33,841 nucleotides of DNA from Sphacelaria rigidula (taxonomy: Eukaryota), in the NCBI GenBank assembly GCA_964200075.2, contig CAXNAA020000029.1:1-33841 (forward strand), in the 5' to 3' direction. The notes beneath the pieces are model-generated. The model made no database searches. It saw only the letters and a list, made by a program, of their open reading frames with translations, and was not told the DNA's origin. Of this stretch, positions 19,255 to 30,899 are shown one piece after another. Each line of letters starts with the position of its first letter. Positions within the stretch are counted from its first letter, which is position 1. Position numbers and translations under genes: made by a program.

Positions 19255-22200
19255 CAGCCTTCTGTCACACCCAGCCACTTCGAAAAAACGTGATCGTAGA
19301 GCACGGTAGGGTCCATCTCGTATTTCGATTTCGTCGAGTGCTTGAAGATGACCTACAGCGTTTCTGGACATGGTGTGGTTACGCCTTGAGGGGGGGGGGG
19401 GGGGTAATCTGGGGATAAAAACAGGTGAATGATTTGGAGGGTATAAATGAATTGTAAAGGCTGAGCGTTGTGTAGAGGAAGTAGTACATGAAGCATTTGG
19501 TGGTGGGAGCTTGTGTGGGAGCGGCCGATGGATGAGCTCGCTGATCGGTAGCTGAAACGTGTTGTAGTGATGAGCGTCCCTGACGCATACAAGGAGGCAC
19601 CAACAGCTGTTGACGTGATGTTATTTGCTGCTGAGACTGCGTGTCAACCTTGTATTCATTCGTTTTTATTGGAAGGTGCTGGGTGTGAGAGGTTTTGGTT
19701 TTTTGGGTCGCTGGTTCGAAGCACAAGAAGCGGCCCCTGCCGCAACCCAGGATCGTTTTTTTTTTTTGCTTTTTTCCCAAGTGAAGACGGCAAACAGCCG
19801 GAACATACGTGTGTCATCAAACCATGGCGCGCGCAAAAAGCTCCTTTTCATCTTTCGTATGGCCCATTTTGCTCTGAGTTCGCTCTATGGCTCTCAAAGG
19901 GTTGAATGCATGAAGCTTCTTCAAGAGGTTGGAGGTGGAGCAGGTTGCTCCTTGATGCTTGTTTTTCAACGCATAAAATAGTGTATCGTGCAGCTCTTGG
20001 ACACCGCGTACCTCCAACGCAAGAAATGAGATCGATTTCCTATGTAAGACGGACGGGAACTTTCAGAAACAAGAAAAATCACCACGGGGGTTCTTGTATA
20101 GAGGGTCTTGGGGGGAGGTGGATGCTCGTCGCGTGCGCATGTTTGAAGATGAGTGTTGCAGCAGGAATGGCCAATACAAGACGCCCTTCGTCTACGGGGA
20201 ACCTGAGGAAAATAATGGCGTGCTTGAGCGGAAATACTCGATATAAGAGATCTTTGTATAAGAAAATTGAAGCAGACAAGAAACACGGTGTGTTCGAGAG
20301 AAAAAAAATATAGTCGATATTAGACGTCTTTTTTTTGTCAAAAATTTGATCGGAAAAACAGACGGCATATTTTAGGGGAGAGGGTCGATATGAGAAGCCA
20401 CTGTCGAAATATGAATGAGATATTGAAAGTGGTATTCTGTACTGAGACGGGAAATGTTCTTGGAATGCGAAGGGCACCAGAAGGTGTGTTTATGTTTGAT
20501 GGTTGCTCAGGTTTCACTTATAATTGGGCAGCGCTCGCGAGCTCGCACGCGGATAACTTTTTTTTTTTAATTTTCAGGAAGTCGTTGTGTCTGAAATGTA
20601 GCGGCAAACCATGGTACAATATCGAGTGATTGTGTCGTGCGTTTTTTGTTCTTTTGTTCTTGCCGTGTTTGGCAATATGCCGCTGGGCGTCTTGTTTGTA
20701 GACAGACGGACGTCTTCAGCGCGACATCACGTACATGGGGGTGGTTGCTCCGGGGCAATACACAGGACAGGACACGCATCCAGTGGAAATCTGAAGCAAA
20801 CATTACCGCTAAGATACAAGCGTGTGTGTTGCCTCGTACACATGTACCGAAGCGCAGTTGTCCTCGTGTGGTGGTGTATGACAAATATATTGCGATACAC
20901 GTTCCAGATGGATCCATCATGCCACCAGCATAGGTGTGTGGTGAAATGTTTTGCAGAAAGGAACGAGTGTTTATTCATTATTGTATTTTTCGCAGCCTTG
21001 ATAAAAATGCCCAAGCTAGACGAAGAATTTCGACGCCGGTCGCTAACCGCGCCGGCACTAATAATGATGCTTTGGTGATGTACTCATATTCCTAGTCGCA
21101 TGGTGGGGTGATGTGTTCGTGAAGGTGCAAAATTACTCGCCACTAATGTCGCTGGAGATGTCAAGTTGCAGAGATGTTTGTTCCTCCACGGCTCGATTGC
21201 AGCACGCGCCACCTCACCCCTTCCTGCAAGTTTATAGTGTGACCGACACGTGCGGGGTGGCAATTGTGGTATGCAGTGGGGAATACAACAACACCAGCTA
21301 TGTTGGAGAGTGTTTTTGCCTACGTGTACGGTTGTACACGCTTGATGGAGGAGGTGCGGTTGCGGGTTTTTAGCGTATATTAATGCAGAGGTGGTTTTGA
21401 AATTCAGGCCTACTTGCTCAGCAAAGATTGCACGCAGGAAATCATTCTGCGACCGATGTTTGATGTGCTCCCTGTCTCTGTCGGTCACGTTAACGAATGC
21501 TCCGTACGTGGCTGTTGAATTTGGGAGCTGGAGATACATTTTCATGTGTCTAGTCTTCTTACTCTTCTTGGGCATTTTTTATCGAGTCGGGCGGGGGAAG
21601 AATGACATCTGCAGTGAAAGTAAGAGCAGAGGAGGGGAGGGGGAGGGCGGGAAGCATGTTTGATGAAGTTGATGAGGTGTCCCAGGCCCTTTACCCCTAC
21701 GCCAACCTATCGATGCAGAGACGAGTATTTTCAAAGGAGAATAGAACAAGTCTCGCGTTTGAAGTGCGGTATTATACTATACTCAGGGATGGCTTCATTC
21801 GACGCTCGGGGGGCGATTGGCAACATGTAAATCACAATGAGCCCGTCCCTGGAGAATCCTCGAAGTGGGGTTTCGAGGGAGAGAGGGGGACAAAGTATCC
21901 AGCATTTCCGATGATCAATTCTACCGTAAAATAGCGTGTATGTGTTGCGTGAAAGCAGTGATGAGGCGTGCAGCCATCATTGGGTTCTTGCTTGGTATGA
22001 TACATGAATCCTTCGAGTAACCATGTGAGCTCTGTTCGTGTGTGGTAGGATCACGGGCTGTTGTCCTTGTGTGAGCACGCGGTGAATAAGGCACAAGCAT
22101 GTTCATTGATTATTGTGCGATTCTGGAACTGCAGTTGGGTTCTTACTCCTTGTCTGAGTTCTCATGTACATGCCAACATCAACGTTTGTGACTTGGTATT

Positions 22201-23502
22201 TATGGGCAAAGAGGGCGACAAAAAATATTTGAGGAGCCTTACGCTGCAAGAGGTTAGACTGATGCTTGTTCTTCCGCCGCAGACTCAATCACCCAAACTA
22301 GGTGGCTATGTGGGACGGACTTACATGATGAAAAATCTACCATGGAGTGTTTTTTACGTTCCAGGGGCGGAGCTGAATTGCATACAGGCACATGAAGAAA
22401 CGAGTGATGATGCCGCGATACCCCCCAAAAAACGTGACTGTTTACAGGAGGCACGATCTACATGCGAATCAAAATGACGAAACCTGAGCACACCCGAGCA
22501 GCTGGGAACTTTCACGCTCGGTTGGGGTGATATCAAAAGTGTTGGGCGATGTCGGCCATTGGAGGCGCTTCATGCCGTCTGAAATCAGCTATCGCGCGCT
22601 GAGGGATGCTACGGTAGGGTGAACAAAAACTTTCTGAGGCGGGAATTGTTTATTGTTAGGAGCCCTTCATGTTATCCGAAATACGACTGATCTGTTACGA
22701 AATATGTGAGAGTACGCCAGGATTACTATTTCAATGTGCTAGGGATGAGTATTATTCGTATGAATACTGCTGCACACTAAACTCTCCGCCAAAAGCTGCC
22801 AGCAAAACGGAGCTACAAATGCGGCCCGTAGATGATGACGATGCTCGCAAGTCAACTTGCAGTAGTACTACTACAGGAGCCATCAGTAGTATACATACGT
22901 GAAAACGTAAATGTCTTGGTCTATGTTATGCCTTGTATTAATTTCAAACACCTGCGCTATAAGCAAGACGATCCAGCTACCGCCATCTCTACCTGACGAA
23001 ATTGATCGAGAGGGTTTGAGGTTTTCTTATTTTTCTGTTCCCGTTCCTTCCCGTTCCCTCCCTCCCGTTTCTTTCTCGTTTTCCTTTCAGCGCGCTTTTT
23101 CTCTCCTTCCGCTTACATCTCTCCCCTTTCTCGATAATAGATTTTCGGAAAACGCTCTCTTGTCATTTCAGAGTGCGAACATCTCAGAATCACAAGAGCA
23201 GAATGAAAAAACGTCAAGATACCCTAATTGACGGAGAGGAAACTAAATTTTCGCTACGCTCTGATCCTGAGATATTTGCACTCTGAAATGACAGAAGAGC
23301 GTTTTCCGAAACTCTCCAACATCGTCCATAGGGTTCTCTCGTTTATTCACCTGGGTAGGCACGTCTCTGGTGACCATAGTTCGATTCGTGGCCGGCCAAT
23401 TAATGTGCATGCGACCCTCAATCAAACGAGCAGTCGATGATGGACACAGATACGCAGAGAGAGGAAACAAGAGAAAAAAAGTATTATTTCAAAAAGAAAA
23501 AC

Positions 23503-23550
23503 AGTAGTAGTAGCAGCAGCAGCATTGGTGGTAGTAGTAGTAGTAGTAGT
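23503..23550 (+). repeat. Compound (AGT)n/(AGC)n microsatellite
   Basis: Direct reading. Confidence 0.85.
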
Positions 23551-25632
23551 GGGACAAAAGTGCATAACGAGACCTCCGTTGACACTGAGACTCCCAACTC
23601 ACTGCGCGTCAGCTGATAAGTCCGATCACCAGCTCAGATTGACATGAAGCCAAGCAAGAACCGTCCGATTATTGACACAGTGCCCTCCGGGAGGGAGCGG
23701 GGGGGCGGAGGGGGGGGGGCTCGGTGTCCGAAAATCTTCTCCGCGCAGTCTCCTGATAAATGTCATCATGATAGTTTCGACACCTGCACCATGCGCGCGT
23801 ATACATCGCGTCATTTGCGCTAGCACATAAAAGCGTGCGGTCGAAGTCGACGAAATGTGCGTTACGGAAGAATTGTCGGGGGACCGTGACGTTCCACACC
23901 ACGCTCACGACCGGTAAGACATTGTCGTGTACGATTGATATTATGTATCCATCACTTGCGCGCACCATAATTGCGGAGAGTGACGGGTTTCCGTGTGCGG
24001 GGCAGAAGTTTCCTCGCATGTACAGGTTGCATGTTGCAGTATATATATGCTCTTTTTGCTGTCCTCGAAGGCCATCTTGAAACCTCTTCACATAGTTCAA
24101 GGGCAGTAATTAACGTAAAGTTGTACTTGGGGGTCGATTGGATACCGAAGAGAAGCGCAGCATACAGATAATACAACACAATATATATATATGTATATAC
24201 TCTGCAAACATGCAAACAGCAAGCGGCCAGTGGCAGATTGAAGCACTTCCACCAAAAAGCGGATATGCACCCAATACGACTGCTAAGAGATAACTGCTGC
24301 TCTAATAACGCACATAGATGTAATGTGGAGACCACCTTCAGAAGGGGTAAATTACTGCAAGTATCGGCGAAGAAAAGCACTCCCTTCTCACGTCATGCAA
24401 ATACGACCAAACACAACAAGCAATATAATAGTAAAGAACACGACACACCGATCAAACAGACTCGTACCACGAAAAAAGCAAAGCGCTCCGAAGCGCAAAC
24501 TGCAACACATCCGTCCAACACACCAACTACTACGTGATGTATACTAGGGCTGGCGACGTGATGGTAGACAACCGTTACCCCCAAAATATCAAGTCTCTTG
24601 CCAGGGCACAATAGTCCCCCGATACAGACTCTCCAAGAGCTGCTGCACCGAGTCTCCCTGAAAACGAGCCACACACAGAAATGCGCCCGTCACTGTCCGT
24701 GTGCATGACTCCAAGCCACTTCGACCCGTTGCCATGCCATCCTCCCTGCCACAATTCATTACAGTACCCAATATACTCAATACTGGTCTCTTGGAGGTGA
24801 CTTTGGGTATGCTACCCTACTCGCACCCTGCCACTATTCGTGCGCGATCTTCATTTGGGCGACTGATCACCGATCCTCTTCCGGGCCTTTCAGATGCAAT
24901 CTTCATTTCTCACGAGTAAAAGACACCGCTTAATCGATGCAAACCACAAATACGCAGCGAGTTGGGAATTGAAACCAGCCTCCTCCCGATCATGGACTGG
25001 GTCTCAGTACCCACCCGAAGTGGTCTCGAGCGCCAGTCTTGTCCGATCTCGCAGAATCGTGTCAGATGCCGGATCAACGGCGTTCTCCTCAGGCTTACGA
25101 GCCGTTATCTCCGCCACGACTCCATGAGCAGGACGAGGTGAAAGCAAAAAATCAAGATGCGTTCCTCTCTGAGAGTTCAACACGGCACCGCCTCATTAAT
25201 ATGAGGTCATCCACACGCACGGCACCGCTTCCAAACATGGAGTCATGCGCAACATTGCTCCATCCTCAACCTCAGTTCTTCCCGCGTCAGCGAGGATTAC
25301 GCTCGCTGGTCAATTAATATGTACGTATAGCGTCGGACCAACGGCGTCCTCAGGCTTTACGAGCCGCCCTCCTCGCCACAATTCCGTCCGTACAAGCACA
25401 GCAGCCTCAAACAAAAGTCGGCACGCTGAAGTATATGTGAAGGCTAACATGGTAATCGCGCACACACAAACGCACACACACACACATGAGTTCAAGGTCA
25501 TCCTCCACAAGCACGCCCCCGCTTGGAAACATGTGTTATTCCATGCTCAACATCCACGCTTGCCACGTGAACGAGGACCCAGCTCGTCGGTCTAAGCACG
25601 GCGTAGATCTGGTCTTTCCCCGTGGTGACGTG

Positions 25633-25708
25633 TCAGAACCGGCTGATGTCTCGTCCGAATGCCCACGCCTTGAACCAATGCATGGGAATCAACGCCTTAT
25701 TGGCGATA
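25633..25708 (-). CDS. NDH-2 terminal exon (membrane-anchoring C-terminus)
   Basis: CCAG|t-IANKALIPMHWFKAWAFGRDISRF*; phase 2 matches the previous exon. Confidence 0.92.
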
Positions 25709-28700
25709 CTGGCAACGGAGGCAACAGCAAGGAAGACAAGGGTATGAAAATCATAGCGGTGAATTACACCAGACACGAAGTAAATCACGTAAGCTCTCGA
25801 GTATATCAACGCCAACATGTTACGGAGGGATACATACCAAGTGTGCGGTAAGACAGAAAACCGACTGGATCCAACGCCAACCGGCAACTCCAATGTTTTT
25901 TTTTCGACCAGTCACTCCCTGACGGAGGATTACACTTCTTCATGTGGTTATTATTCATTTATTTTTTGAACAGTGAAGTTGCTCACCTGACCGTTTTAGT
26001 CCAATAAGCGCTTCTCCACGTGAAAAAAGCGAGGAGGCCATCCACCACGGGTCCACCCGGGGAACCTCCCACCCCCTTCAGATCGGCCACTGCTTTCCAG
26101 TCCCCCACTTGCGCCATGCTGCCGAGATAACGGTAGTTGAAGGGGGGAATGTCGACTGCCTGGGGATCCTCCTTCGAGAACCACTTCGCCAAATACTGCG
26201 CACGTCACATACATTGACGGGCAGTGGTGGGTGGAGAACGTAGGGGGTAGGGGTGATAAAGCGGTTGACTTCGGGCGTGGTGCTTTCGTGTATATGAACT
26301 GTTTTTTTTTTTCACTATTTTTTTCTTTTGCGTCTTCGTCTACTCTGTCGCTCTGTTCGACTCTTTTTTCTGTTCCTTCTTTTTCTTCAGCCAGTGTTTC
26401 GGTTTTGTTTCTCTTGGGTATGTATGTATGTCTATCACGTGACCACGGCTGGATCTCTGGGGGATCAGTTAAAGTGCGACAATCAATCAAAATCAAAATC
26501 AAAATCAAAATTGCATTATTCGCCGCCCGCCGTTTTGCTACAGGGGTTTTCATGGACAAATACTAATTAGTGTGACGCTTGCCGTGACCCATGCCTTCCA
26601 GTGGTCAGCAATGCAACCGTGCGACTTTAGCAACACATGGTCCTACGACCACGGTTGGATAAGGTGTGAATCAGGCAATATGCGGCAGTCAATCACTCGT
26701 CAATCATGCAGCCACGGCGAAATTCGTCTCGCAAGAGGTCTGGCCTGGAACTGCGGTATGACCCATATAAATCAATAACGATCGACCCTCAGTTGCGTGC
26801 GCTTTGGGTTGCTTTTCACAATATACCACCATCATTGCGATATGAAAATGCCTCTAATGACCCAACCGTCACTTCCGGTGCTGCAACACATCGATCGCTA
26901 TATATATATATGCTGTCTCTTTTGTTTCTTCCGCGAAGCTGCTACAAGACGAGGATCTTCTCCAGTTCTTCCCTCGAAATCCAAAGCTGACAGATGCTTA
27001 TTTTTGTTAAAACCCAGATCGAAAGCGTGGACCTCATCCAAACCCCGACCCAAGATAGACCGATAGCCCTCGAGGAGGGGGGTCCACAGGGTACGCCAGC
27101 CCAAGTGTGCGCTTGTGAAGCTCAAAGTGGTGGCTAACGAGTCCTCGGGTCTATTAACCCTTTTGGAACTCATTGACGATTTTTATTTTTGTGAACCGGC
27201 ATCATTTCTATTCATCTTCAATTCAGAATGATGCCTATTCATCAAAACAAAAATCACCAGTAGGTTCCAAAAGGGTCAACCTTCTGAACATCAGCACGTT
27301 AATATCCACCCTAGAACGAGTACTCGTCAACCGTGGATTCGAGGGTATGAACTCGGGTAAGCCCCATTGTGCCTCCATCGTCACGAAGACGCAAAACACA
27401 ACACAATAAAAAATGAAACGACTACCTCCTTCCAGCGTTGAACGTCTACAGACAAACACAGCGTCGACTCCGGAACGGACTTCAATATTTCATAACAGCG
27501 TTCAAGGAAATATCACCTTCCCCTGCTGATCAGCGACCTGAGCGAGGGGCCCAAGTGGCCTGCCCGGCTCTATTGCGGCATCTCCCATGGCGTAAACGCC
27601 TTCGAAACCCGGTACCCTCAATCTTCCGTCAACCACGATCCTTCCCCTGTGCTTCTCGACTCCATCCATGCGCTGCACGACTTCCACCGGGGCAAGTCCA
27701 GTGGACCACACCATGAGACCGAACGGTAGCTTGCGCCCGTCGGATAGGGTGCAGTAATTGGGCTCCACTGATTTCACCGAATTTTTTAGCAGTACTTTTA
27801 CCTGTTATGGGGGGCGGTTGTGAGAGTGCTTAGCTTCCAGCCAATCAGAGAACGACCGTGCGGGAAGACGGGTTGTTCTGTGTCGTTTTATTTCTAGCGG
27901 CTCGCCATGTGTACATTGTATTCACCCGTCTATCCGAAAAAAAATGTGAGACGTCCGCGACTCTTTTTATTACATCACCCTACCAGCCCTATACACACAC
28001 CATAATGAAATGTGTTGCTCAAGCGGTACCTTCCCAACACCCGGACAGCGGTACGAAGGATCATTCCATCTATACCGCACGTGTTCGAATACACGACCCT
28101 CAGCATTCATCTGTAGCACCAGGACTTCCGTGGCGATTCCACCCTTGGCAAATCTTGGTAAAAAACGAATGTGGCATGCTCTTGTCAACAACATTGTACC
28201 GTACTGCGCTGTCTGTACTGTATCCATGTCCTGCACGGTACTGGCTGTGGAGCTGCTTGTATAGCACGAGGCTTGTTACCTACGATAGAGATGCAGTACA
28301 GCAGGGTTAGGCGTGAGGTGTGGTGATCGATGGGACCTATCAGGTGTATCCATCAGTCGCCATGCGCAAACAATTTTCCGGGTGCAGCGGAGCTCCTTGC
28401 CTGACCTTAATACCCTGACTGTATTTTACCTGTCCCCTGCACGGGTTTGAGCTGGGGCGGATGAATGCATGTTCGAAGGCCCACTTTATTCAAGCGATTC
28501 ACCTCCAAAAAGTCTGGGCTGGCAATTCATGATCCTATACTATCAATAACCGTGTGTCGAGACGGATACCGTACAGTGGTATCAAATGTCACGTTTCTTC
28601 CAAACAAATCACTACTATATCGTGCGTTTCGATATCGTCGGCCATACCCATCGACAACCATCCTCGGACGGGCATTTTAAGTTTTTCCATACGCTACACT

Positions 28701-30296
28701 TGACAAAGGGTTGAAGTCTGGATGATGACAAGAATGAAATTTTCGCGTTGGTGATGAGTAAGACGTTGAAGGGAGACGCGTGGCTTCATCTGGCCAGACA
28801 GATTCACCACACGGTTTTGCTGGCTGGGGGCATTTTGTTTTGTTGATAGAAGCATGAGTATCTACGTTTGCGAGCACCTCCCTATGCATTCGTTTTTGTG
28901 GACGATCTTCCGATTAACGTGACCGAACGGGGCAAGCACCATATCGAGGAAAGGGTACACTAGCGCAGCGGTGCATTGGGCGTGGGAACGAAAAGGCAGC
29001 GTGTACCCGTAGCCATACCTATACCTGTAGTCATCCTCTATGCCTCCTCTACAACTGCACCGACCTTACGATTTTCCAAGAGGCGGGTGGTGTAGGCGAC
29101 GAGCTTTTCGTCGAAGGTGCCCATGATGTGATCGCTCGCTTCGATCAGGGTCACAGAGACCTGGTCATGCACCACAACAACCAAACGCAAGGAAGAGCGA
29201 CCAGAGAGATTCGAGCGCGCGGGGGGGGCGTATGCGGTCGGCCGTTCTCATGGCGCAAGTCTCTCAAACAGTGGTAAAGCCATCGACAACAACCGGGCCG
29301 CACAGAGTGTGTTGGTTTGCATAACTTTTGCAACACCTGATACCCAAGAGACTGCGTCGGCGTTGTTTCCTCGGCTGAAAAGCGACACTCTTCAAGCCAG
29401 CACGGCCCGTTACATTTGTCTCTCTATCGTGCACAACAGTGGTTGTCGCCCCAGCACTCGCAACTCAACATCATGCTACCTTCATCACGCGTGGAGGAAA
29501 TGACGCTTGCTAATGTCGTTTGATTTACCGAATTACGGTGTCAATTTCGCAAAGTATAGCTATCCTTTTTCCACGCTGGTGACAACGGTGGGATACCTTC
29601 ATGACTTCTCATGGTTTCTCGTCGCAAAGGTCGTCGCTTCGAACCACCACACAGGCATAGCAAAACTCTCTAGTAAACCCAACGAGGTCGCAAATATGAT
29701 GGGGGGAGGGGCAAGAATAGACGGATCAGGGATCCTGCTCAACCAGCGCAAAATGGAAGCGCATGAAAAGAGTTGAAAAAAAATAAAAGTAACCGTCAAG
29801 TCGAGTTCCGGCTACACACACATGAACGCATATGTAAGTATCAGTCTTCTTTCATTCGAACATACTCGTGAAAACGAAGGAGGTGATTTTCCAGTCACCT
29901 TTAGCAAGAACAAGCAGCGCCCGGTGTTCGTCAAGGACGGTCATCCGTTTGACGCTGCCATCGCTCTCTGTGGAACAAGCGGAAGCTTGATGTAGATCAG
30001 TGAACGCTACGGTCATTTCTTCATGAGTCACCGGCAATGCCGGTGTTCGTGATGCGCTCTCCCACCTTGCCCAGCAAGTCCGGATACCAGCGCTTGACAT
30101 CCGCGGCCAAGAAATCGTGCAGCTCGGCGGCGTACTCGATAGATGTCGGCCCACCGCCGACAACAACGAAGGATAGCAGACGGGAACGCTCCGCCTCGGC
30201 GATGAATGGACTGGACGCCCGCTCGAAGCACTCCAACAGACGATTCCGGATGCTCCGGGCGTCTCCAAGCTGCTTCAGGAAGAAAACATTGTTGTC
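25633..30296 (-). CDS. NDH2: Type II (alternative, rotenone-insensitive) NADH:quinone oxidoreductase, 5'-partial. complement(join(25633..25708,25987..26195,27517..27801,29065..29160,30066..30296))
   Basis: Family motifs in the expected order: FFLKQLGDARSIR, VVVGGGPTSIEYAAELHD, VTLIEA, VWSTG, YAMGD, AQVADQQG.YLA, F.YRYLGSMA, WRSAYW, FGRDISRF*. All four introns are GT-AG with matching phases. The FAD-binding N-terminal exons were not found in the window. Confidence 0.95.
25987..26195 (-). CDS. NDH-2 penultimate exon
   Basis: GCAG|YLAKWFSKED...PFNYRYLGSMAQVG...AFFTWRSAYWTKTV ag|GTGAGC. Confidence 0.92.
26480..26510 (+). repeat. (AAAATC)n short tandem repeat in an NDH-2 intron
   Basis: Direct reading. 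Confidence 0.8.
27517..27801 (-). CDS. NDH-2 exon (WSTG, GD and AQxAxQ motifs)
   Basis: ACAG|VKVLLKNSVKSVEPNY...GLMVWSTGLAP...GVYAMGDAAIEPGRPLGPLAQVADQQGK|GTGATA. Confidence 0.93.
29065..29160 (-). CDS. NDH-2 exon (absent from the ORF track)
   Basis: CCAG|VSVTLIEASDHIMGTFDEKLVAYTTRLLENRK|GTCGGT. Confidence 0.9.
30066..30296 (-). CDS. NDH-2 exon (NADH-binding Rossmann motif)
   Basis: CAG|DNNVFFLKQLGDARSIRNRLLECFERASSPFIAEAERSRLLSFVVVGGGPTSIEYAAELHDFLAADVKRWYPDLLGK|GTGGG. Confidence 0.92.
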
Positions 30297-30899
30297 CTGA
30301 CATTTTTTCGCCCCCCGGAATTACAAAACGTACACGCGTGTGTTTAGTGTGTTGGTGTGTGCTGTACAAGTGCCTCTAGAGCCGCATACAACGGTGCATT
30401 AGTACAGAGCGCAGTAGAGGCACTGGCTGGCCGTCTCATGTGAACAGAAAATCTTTTGTTTCGGGGGTCTCGAGGAACACGTTTTGGAGTGCTCTGGAAG
30501 AAATGTGTGGAAGTATAATGACGAAGAGCCCATCGTCAGGAACGATATGCTACTATTGTCAAGATCTAGATGCGAGGTCTGGAGAGAGGTGCGGGAGGGC
30601 CGGCACAGTAAGCGCGAGCCCCTGCGTGCTTTCAATCTCCCATCTACAAGGCTTACCACGCAAGAGGGCGCAACCAATAATGAGCGCGTTTCTTATCGAA
30701 CACCACTACCGAGTAGTGGCAACAGGGCTCACGCATAATTCTCAAAAACTGATCTGAACTCTAGAAGACACGGCGACAGACGGACAGGTGACAGCTGTGC
30801 CGAAGAAGTTCGCGAACCAGATTGCAGATGCACTCAGCAGCTAACGGCACGGCGATAAAGTAAACTACGACTGCAGCAGTTTGCGATCGCAACATCGAC

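Noticed and set aside
20240-20490. Possible additional LINE C-terminal relic (KRSLYKK..., IESGIL...)
   Set aside because: Resemblance too weak to support without a search.
25996-26570. 187-aa and overlapping low-complexity ORFs
   Set aside because: Derived from a purine/pyrimidine-skewed intron tract and the AAAATC repeat, out of frame with the real exon.
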